From positions 73,380-137,379 of the IMG/VR virus record IMGVR_UViG_3300033121_001133: 64,000 bases of DNA; one strand, given 5' to 3'. This stretch comes from a virus. Its lineage: Duplodnaviria > Caudoviricetes. The translations under genes and the position numbers were made by a program. The notes under the pieces were generated by a model that saw only the letters and a program-made list of their open reading frames with translations, was not told the DNA's origin and ran no database searches. Numbering within the stretch: the first letter of the stretch is position 1; each line of letters opens with the position of its first letter. Below are positions 58,000 to 64,000 of this stretch, piece after piece.

Positions 58000-58211
58000 G
58001 GTCTACTAGGACAAGGGGTTTGATCCTCCCTCTGGGAGGGGGCGTTGAGTTGATGGTTGCTCCATATTGGAAGTGCCTTGCTGGGCATAAGTGGAAGGCT
58101 GTAGGTGTTCCCTGCCCCGGCTACCCAACAAAGCAGTGTTCTAGGTGCAGTAAAAAGGAGCAGTACAGCTTGGTTAATAGTGGAATGTCAAAAGCCTGGA
58201 TGTGGATATGA
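57996..58211 (+). CDS. Small Cys/His-rich hypothetical protein
   Basis: C..GHKW...CSRC; ATGA overlap. Confidence 0.4.
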   Translation: MRSTRTRGLILPLGGGVELMVAPYWKCLAGHKWKAVGVPCPGYPTKQCSRCSKKEQYSLVNSGMSKAWMWI

Positions 58212-58522
58212 AAAGAGACCCTCGACAGACCGGCCGCACTACGAGAATAGCTCAGTTTGCTGTTGATCAGCTGATGAGTTGTGGTAGATGTATTGTCACC
58301 GATCACATCCTGATTCAAGGAATCTTTCCTCCTAGTCCTCAGATGCTTGATCATTTGATCAAGAAAGTGGTTGACTTGTTTAGTTTTCAAACTCGTCACC
58401 TGAGGGATCTAGGACTAACACATGAGATAGTTCCACTCAACGGGACTTATGTGGTAGATTTTAAGATGGTTAAAGTAGACGGACCCGCAGATCTGCTGGA
58501 CTATAATGATCTACCATTCTAG
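58202..58522 (+). CDS. Hypothetical protein
   Basis: RQTGRTTR degenerate P-loop-like N-terminus. Confidence 0.45.
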   Translation: MDMKRDPRQTGRTTRIAQFAVDQLMSCGRCIVTDHILIQGIFPPSPQMLDHLIKKVVDLFSFQTRHLRDLGLTHEIVPLNGTYVVDFKMVKVDGPADLLDYNDLPF

Positions 58523-58672
58523 TACTATGGGAGCTTTCTTTCTATTCATATCATTACTTGCAGTACTGGTGATCATGTCTGAATTCATCAGACACAGTCT
58601 CTATGAGTTAACCGGCAACTCTAAGTTTCTTCCTAAGCCAGAGAGAAGGGGTGGGGCCAAGCTCTAATTAAG

Positions 58673-58963
58673 ATGCCAATCCAAAGAGATCCGGATAGAG
58701 ATTACTTCGAGTCGTACAAACGATTGTGTGAAGACTGGGCTGATGATGATGATCTTATTAGAGAGGCAGCTAAGTTAGTTCTACAGGACCACTACGTGGA
58801 GGGTGATAGTTATGGTGTTCCTGGACACCCAACCATTGTCACTTTTCTAGTAGCTTGTATTATGGTACTGAGAGGGCAGCAACCCCCAGAAGGTGAGCAG
58901 TGGCAGGATTTAAGGATAGAGTATAACCGAATCAAGAACAACCCTAAAGACTGTGTGAAATGA
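58673..58963 (+). CDS. Hypothetical protein
   Basis: 96-aa ATG ORF. Confidence 0.45.
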   Translation: MPIQRDPDRDYFESYKRLCEDWADDDDLIREAAKLVLQDHYVEGDSYGVPGHPTIVTFLVACIMVLRGQQPPEGEQWQDLRIEYNRIKNNPKDCVK

Positions 58964-59289
58964 CAGCGTTCGAGCATTGGTTAGAGACTAACGGTGGTAC
59001 CCTTATATTTGGTGGAGCAGGTGATCTGTCCACCGCTGGCACTCTCTATCGAATGTGGGTTTATGGGCCAACGGCAACACCAATTCAGATTGGTCTAATT
59101 AGACTGAATGATAGCAGTGTAATAGGTCTAAGGTATCCATTCATATCTCTTCTACCTGCAGATCAATTTGAGCAGTTTGCGTCAAGGGTTATAGGTAGTG
59201 GATTGGAAGTGGATCCTAGCATAGCCAAGCTAATGCAATCTGGATCTTCTCTAGGCCTGATGATACCTCTCAACTATGAAAAATCTTAA
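58960..59289 (+). CDS. Hypothetical protein
   Basis: 109-aa ORF; ATGA overlap. Confidence 0.45.
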   Translation: MTAFEHWLETNGGTLIFGGAGDLSTAGTLYRMWVYGPTATPIQIGLIRLNDSSVIGLRYPFISLLPADQFEQFASRVIGSGLEVDPSIAKLMQSGSSLGLMIPLNYEKS

Positions 59290-59364
59290 AGGATGGTGAG
59301 TGAACGAGATTGGTAGAATCTCACATGGAACTTTCTAATGTCCTAGCAGCCAGCGAATAGCAGA

Positions 59365-60441
59365 ATGAATAACCTTGATCAGCAATACAAAGCTCTACTC
59401 CAAGATATCTTAGATGATGGAGTAGACAAGCAAGGTAGGAATGGGATCACCAAGTCGATCTTCGGTAGGCAGATTCGTCACAGGATGAGTGATGGGTTCC
59501 CACTCCTGACTACCAAGAAGATGGCGTGGAAGTCTATTGTAGTTGAGCTGTTGTGGTTCTTGCAGGGAAGAACAGACTTAAAGTACTTAATTGATAACGG
59601 ATGTAACATCTGGAATGGTGATAGCTACAGGGCCTATGTGGCCAGGTGGCATAAGAACTTTGAGGACTGTGGAGTAACTCCAACCGAAGATCAAAAGCCA
59701 ATGTCAATGGAAGAGTTTGTTGCGTTCATACGCACTAATTCAGCCGATATGGTGGATAAACTAGGCCTAGGCGATCTTGGACCGATCTACGGTAAGCAGT
59801 GGCGCAGATGGCAGGGCTACACTAAGCAGGGTTGGTCCTTATGGTTTGATCAGATGCAGCAAGTGCTGACCCAGCTAAAGACCGACCCCGATTCAAGACG
59901 TATGATGGTGTCTGCTTGGAATGTAGGTGAACTACGCCAAATGGTGCTTCCTCCATGTCACTACGGGTTCCAGGTTTATACGAGAGAGTTGAGCGGCGAG
60001 GAGAGGAGTGCAATTTACTCTAAGAGGTGTGGGTTTGATGAGGCGAATCATGGAAACATCGGCGGCATCTTTGATGCTGCAGATATTCCCAAACGAGCAA
60101 TTTCGCTTATGTGGAACCAACGCTCGGTTGATGTTCCTCTAGGTCTACCGTTCAACATTGCCTCTTATGGCCTACTGTTGATGCTCCTTGGCAAGGAGGT
60201 TAACATGGTACCTGATCAATTGATTGGTAACTTGGGAGATTGTCACATCTATAACAATCAGATTGATGGTATTAAGGAGCAGTTGACTAGAGATCCTTAT
60301 GATCTGCCAACCGTAGATCTGGATTTCAAGTACTCCTACTTCGATGGCTACTTGGTTGAGTGGGATAAGATTCCGATTGACAAAGTTAAGCTAGTCGGCT
60401 ACCAGAGTCATCCCACCATTAAGATGCCGCTGTCCAACTAG
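59365..60441 (+). CDS. thyA: Thymidylate synthase
   Basis: FPLLTTKK, ELLWFL, LGPIYGKQWR, SRRM.VSAWN, LPPCH, QRSVD..LGLPFNIASY, GDCHIY. Confidence 0.96.
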   Translation: MNNLDQQYKALLQDILDDGVDKQGRNGITKSIFGRQIRHRMSDGFPLLTTKKMAWKSIVVELLWFLQGRTDLKYLIDNGCNIWNGDSYRAYVARWHKNFEDCGVTPTEDQKPMSMEEFVAFIRTNSADMVDKLGLGDLGPIYGKQWRRWQGYTKQGWSLWFDQMQQVLTQLKTDPDSRRMMVSAWNVGELRQMVLPPCHYGFQVYTRELSGEERSAIYSKRCGFDEANHGNIGGIFDAADIPKRAISLMWNQRSVDVPLGLPFNIASYGLLLMLLGKEVNMVPDQLIGNLGDCHIYNNQIDGIKEQLTRDPYDLPTVDLDFKYSYFDGYLVEWDKIPIDKVKLVGYQSHPTIKMPLSN

Positions 60442-60530
60442 CAGGGTACAGTATTTATTTTTCAGTACCTGGCTTGATCAGTGGTGCGAATGATATGTAT
60501 GGTACGGTAACGAAAACCAACCTACCAGCC

Positions 60531-61148
60531 ATGAACAAGCTACTTGTGGTTATGATGTTAGCTCTAGGCTTAAGGCTTGCTGCGCAGGAGAGGGTGGATA
60601 TTGAAGTAGTTAACACTGCTCCAAACCAACCTTGCCTAGTTGTATTGCATCCTGATCAGCAGGGTGATCAAGTCCTATCCAATCTGGTGTTTACGCTAAA
60701 GTGGAAAACTGGGTACAGACTGGCGTTGGGAAGAGTGCTTCAGTCTCCAATCCCCCTGAGCGCGGTAGGACGTCCCGTTATTAGTGGTCGCTATACCTAC
60801 CAAACCTACGTTGGTCTGGGGTTTGATTCCGTAGAGTTTAACCGTAATCAACCAATCCGAATCCTGATAGATAAGCAGGGTGTGGGAAAGGTTGTGGTAG
60901 CCACTGATTACCTAGTACATCAACTAGCATTCAACGGTGGTTACTACATCTCAGCTGGTGGTGTGGATATTACCGGAGACGTTCTAGATTCTGAGGATAG
61001 TTCCCAGACTAATCCTGCCAACGGAGCAACTCTCTACTTTGATCCTATCACCAACCAGCTATTGGTTGAGAGAGGGGGAGTGTTTAGAACTCTACTGGAT
61101 CAGCAAGTTAGAGTAGTTGACCGGACTCAGTTAAGATTGGTTCGATGA
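60531..61148 (+). CDS. Secreted protein with a signal peptide (possible T9SS-cargo-like)
   Basis: MNKLLVVMMLALGLRLAAQ signal peptide; beta-rich body; C-terminal QLLVERGGVFRTLLDQQVR. Confidence 0.55.
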   Translation: MNKLLVVMMLALGLRLAAQERVDIEVVNTAPNQPCLVVLHPDQQGDQVLSNLVFTLKWKTGYRLALGRVLQSPIPLSAVGRPVISGRYTYQTYVGLGFDSVEFNRNQPIRILIDKQGVGKVVVATDYLVHQLAFNGGYYISAGGVDITGDVLDSEDSSQTNPANGATLYFDPITNQLLVERGGVFRTLLDQQVRVVDRTQLRLVR

Positions 61149-61894
61149 TTCGCGTTGTATTAGTTTGGTTGTTGTCGATGTGGGTGGCCGTAGTAGGAGC
61201 GCAGAACAACTCCTGCTCTACGGCCACTCCCTACATCGACAACCTCTGTGCATTCCTAAGTCCTCCTTCAGCAGGCCCAATCACCAGGTGTTACACTTTT
61301 ACATCTCCCATAGACACTATATCGTTTGACTTTGTATCCTTCGTTCCATTAGGAACTTGCACCGATGCGGTGGAGTGGTATGAGTTGTACGACAACGCTT
61401 GTAATTCACTAAGTGCTAGTGATTCTGGTGATTTTGGAGGACTGATTCCAGGATTCCAATATGTAGTATGCTACAACATACAATGTCCAACAGATGGAGT
61501 GGTTAATCTAATATGTACGTCAGAGACTGCTGCTCTCCCAGTGGAGTTACTGTACTTTACAGCTAGGAGTACTCCTCAGGGAGTGGATCTGCTGTGGTCT
61601 ACTGCATCAGAGCGTGATTGTATGGGTTTTGTAATCTACAGAAGTACAGATCTATCTAGTTGGGTTGATGTAGGTTTTGTTGAGGGTAGTACCTTATCCA
61701 CGACCACATTAAACTACAAACTAACTGATAATAGTCCAGTTACAGGGATTAACTACTACAAGCTAGTTCAGATAGATTTGGATGGGGCCCAGGAAACTTT
61801 CCAAGTAATTGCCATAGTGTGGAACCAAGATCAAGTTGGATTTAATCTCCCTTTCAGATTGTTCAATTTTCTAGGTCAGAGATTGATATATTAG
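61145..61894 (+). CDS. Secreted protein with a Bacteroidota 'LPVEL' Ig-like domain
   Basis: Signal peptide ending GAQ; Cys-rich region; ALPVELLYFTA...W.TASE....GF.IYRS.D...W..VGFV.G...NYYKL.QIDLDG; tail FNFLGQRL. Confidence 0.7.
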   Translation: MIRVVLVWLLSMWVAVVGAQNNSCSTATPYIDNLCAFLSPPSAGPITRCYTFTSPIDTISFDFVSFVPLGTCTDAVEWYELYDNACNSLSASDSGDFGGLIPGFQYVVCYNIQCPTDGVVNLICTSETAALPVELLYFTARSTPQGVDLLWSTASERDCMGFVIYRSTDLSSWVDVGFVEGSTLSTTTLNYKLTDNSPVTGINYYKLVQIDLDGAQETFQVIAIVWNQDQVGFNLPFRLFNFLGQRLIY

Positions 61895-61933
61895 TTGTAT
61901 AGTTGAGAGTCAACCAACAATAAGTTTAATTGT

Positions 61934-62653
61934 ATGAACATGGAGTTACAGTCTCTGGACGAGATGACCACTTTTGTGGATTGTCCAGTATGCGGATCGC
62001 GAGCTGTGTGCACTCAACCCACAGGTCAGAGCGAGAAGATAAGCTGCTACGGTTGTGGATATTATCGACTAATCGCTGTGGAGCTGGATCAGACTCACAT
62101 ACATGAAGAGAAGGGTTATGGAGCCTATCGCCTGGAGTATAAAGACTCTCCTGGAATTGGTGAAGTTGGTTCGTTTACCACTCCTGACAGTAAGCAGTAT
62201 TTCATTGATGAGGTTATCAAAATTAAAACCACAATCCACTTTGCCTCCTACACTGAATTTGTTTGTGGGGAGTTGAGAGAGACTGTGTTAATCGACCCTA
62301 CTAATAGAGAGATGGACTCGTACTTTTACTACACAATTGAACCAGAAGAGACTGGTAGCGTTCTAGATCAAACCTATCAGTCGGGTAAAATTTTGATCTA
62401 CTCTAGTGATGGTGAAGAGGAGGTGCCGATTGGGGAGGGTAGGTATTGTATACCGTATGAGGTAGTTTCCCATTTTGAGGCGTTCATTGAAGGGTTGTTA
62501 ACAGATCTACCCTTATTCGTATCCTTTGGTACTCAGCAGGCGTGTGACAAAGCGGCCGCGGCACCATTAAGCTTCTCTCAGTTGGATCTGTATGAGGATC
62601 AGGCCCCGAGTACTAGTAAAATTCGACGCAGGCCTAGTGAGTTTGAGGACTAA
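61934..62653 (+). CDS. Hypothetical protein with an N-terminal zinc ribbon
   Basis: CPVCG...CYGCGY; acidic. Confidence 0.55.
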   Translation: MNMELQSLDEMTTFVDCPVCGSRAVCTQPTGQSEKISCYGCGYYRLIAVELDQTHIHEEKGYGAYRLEYKDSPGIGEVGSFTTPDSKQYFIDEVIKIKTTIHFASYTEFVCGELRETVLIDPTNREMDSYFYYTIEPEETGSVLDQTYQSGKILIYSSDGEEEVPIGEGRYCIPYEVVSHFEAFIEGLLTDLPLFVSFGTQQACDKAAAAPLSFSQLDLYEDQAPSTSKIRRRPSEFED

Positions 62654-62667
62654 AAAATGCAAGCCTC

Positions 62668-62699
62668 GTTGCTAGGTTTAATTTAAGAGCGTATATTTA
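62668..62699 (+). promoter_or_regulatory. Putative promoter (GTTG-N20-TATATTTA)
   Basis: Recurrent motif before a small ORF at 62717 and the tRNA region. Confidence 0.65.
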
Positions 62700-62942
62700 T
62701 CTCCAGACACAATACAATGAGCAAGATCTCAGCTATTCGCCGTTACAACCACTACAAGGAGTGGTTGATGGTAACTGGACGAACGAGAAAGTCTAGGACC
62801 TCCTCCAAGCCGATTGTTCCCATGCGATCGAGGTTTGGGACAGAGGATGAGGACTGATTGTATCTGATCAGAAATTAAAGGAAGGTGGTGAGGCAGCAGT
62901 CCTGATTCTCTAAAGGGCAATACTTATTAGTAAAGTGCTAGT

Positions 62943-63605
62943 ATGATTTGCTCCTTTGGCTGCAACCAAAACGCCGAATTCACATTGAAGACTGGTCGTT
63001 TATGTTGCTCTAAATCACCAAATTCCTGTCCCGGTAAGAGGCTGAGAGACTCTCTAAGGAAGACGGGGAAGCGCCTCACAAGCTCAGTAAAGAGAGTTCC
63101 TTGGAATAAGGGTAAGCAGTTTAAGAACGATGTAAGATGGAAGGGTCGAGGAACAAAGGCAGCTCTTACACGAATCGGAAAAGGTCAGATTCCCGGACAG
63201 GCTGCAACAGAGGAGGCTGAGAGGATAAGGAGAAGCTCTATTAGCAAGTCCATGAAGAGCAATCCTAAAGCTGGAGGTTTGAGAGAGGGAAGCGGGAGAG
63301 GACAGAAGACCTGGTATATTAGTCCGATAGCAGGAAAGGTTTATCTTCGGAGCAGCTATGAGTTAGCTTATGCTAAGTATCTCGATGAGTGTGGAGTTAG
63401 TTGGAGGCAGAATGATAGATTTTTTTGGTACAGTTGGGGTGAAGAGATGAGAAAGTATTATCCCGACTTCTATTTGGTGAGTGAGGATTGTTATGTAGAG
63501 GTGAAGGGATATGAAACAGAAAAGGATCGTGCAAAGTGGAGATCGTTTCCACACAAACTTAAAGTACTTAGGAAACATGATTTAGTTTCATTGAATATAA
63601 TATAA
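62943..63605 (+). CDS. Free-standing PD-(D/E)xK (TnsA-like) homing endonuclease
   Basis: PWNKG, RSSYE, Y.PDFYL....YVEVKGY; upstream TACTTATT at 62921-62928; abuts a tRNA. Confidence 0.75.
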   Translation: MICSFGCNQNAEFTLKTGRLCCSKSPNSCPGKRLRDSLRKTGKRLTSSVKRVPWNKGKQFKNDVRWKGRGTKAALTRIGKGQIPGQAATEEAERIRRSSISKSMKSNPKAGGLREGSGRGQKTWYISPIAGKVYLRSSYELAYAKYLDECGVSWRQNDRFFWYSWGEEMRKYYPDFYLVSEDCYVEVKGYETEKDRAKWRSFPHKLKVLRKHDLVSLNII

Positions 63606-63690
63606 GGAGGATCCCAAAGGAGTGGTACGCAGTCTTGAAAACTGTGAGGTCGTGTTAAGCGATGTGGGGGTTCGAGTCCGTCATCCTCCG
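63606..63690 (+). tRNA. tRNA-Ser(TGA), atypical D-arm
   Basis: GGAGGAT/ATCCTCC acceptor stem, GCAGT-CTTGAAA-ACTGT anticodon arm, long variable arm, GGTTCGAGTCC T-arm, discriminator G. Confidence 0.7.
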
Positions 63691-63706
63691 CTTATGTGGT
63701 TATATT

Positions 63707-63780
63707 GCTCCTTTAGCTCAGCTGGTTAGAGCACGTGATTTGTAATCTCGAGGTCGTCAGTTCGATTCTGACAGGGAGCC
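63707..63780 (+). tRNA. tRNA-Thr(TGT)
   Basis: GCTCCTT/AGGGAGC acceptor, TAGCTCAGCTGGTTAGAGC D-arm, TTTGTAA loop, GTCAG-TTCGATT-CTGAC T-arm. Confidence 0.92.
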
Positions 63781-63798
63781 TAGAAAGACTTAATATAG

Positions 63799-63873
<75 letters not shown>

Positions 63874-64000
63874 GCATCGCGAGGGGATTGAGCAGTTTAA
63901 TTAGACTGTTCTACAAGTCAACCCCTATGTATCAGGGAGGTAGTTTAACTTACATCCCCGATCATGCTGAAACGTCTGTTACTCGTTACGACCACTATCA

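Noticed and set aside
62880-62910. GGAAGGTGGTGAGGCAGCAGTCCTGA resembling a 5' fragment of tRNA-Ser upstream of the endonuclease
   Set aside because: Similarity is too short and no consistent split-tRNA pairing could be built
98-63578. All minus-strand ORFs in the track, e.g. 2756-3406 (216 aa)
   Set aside because: They lie antisense to well-supported + strand genes and have no recognisable motifs; treated as shadow ORFs
63606-63690. Selenocysteine or opal suppressor tRNA
   Set aside because: The anticodon is TGA (reads UCA, Ser), not TCA

Overview
A 64-kb segment of a large dsDNA tailed phage, probably a myovirus. All credible genes are on the + strand, tightly packed, and use the standard code. 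The host is most likely Bacteroidota, based on a recurring GTTG-N20-TAnnTT promoter, A-rich leaders with few Shine-Dalgarno sequences, a DUF4494-like gene and T9SS-cargo-like proteins. Gene order: (1) tape measure and baseplate genes; (2) a replication module with a short divergent PolA-like protein, SSB, RecA, 5'-3' exonuclease, DnaB helicase and class II RNR; (3) GH19 endolysin and dUTPase; (4) a 7-deazaguanine DNA-modification cluster (queE, queD, a second QueD-like/DpdL-type T-fold protein, folE and a TGT-like dpdA, with no queC in the window), which also holds a dUTPase/Dcd-fold paralogue and an NMP-kinase-like gene and is followed by a full-length PolA; (5) a candidate ADP-ribosyltransferase, GroES/GroEL and nucleases; (6) a ~17.5-kb glycosylation island containing an unexpected nucleotidyltransferase-RibB-kinase-HAD phosphatase-transaldolase block; (7) small host-takeover genes (ClpS-like, TraR/DksA-like, an Xre/MbcA antitoxin-like domain, a phosphatase); (8) thyA, two secreted T9SS-cargo-like proteins and the start of a tRNA cluster. 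The best candidates for undescribed biology are (a) RibB plus a divergent transaldolase repurposed to make an activated, possibly methyl-branched ketose, (b) a nucleotide-level 7-deazaguanine substitution pathway with its own kinase, dGTPase and polymerase, and (c) a set of late-promoter, propeptide-bearing internal head proteins including an Alt-like ADP-ribosyltransferase. All calls come from motif recognition by eye; no database searches were run.
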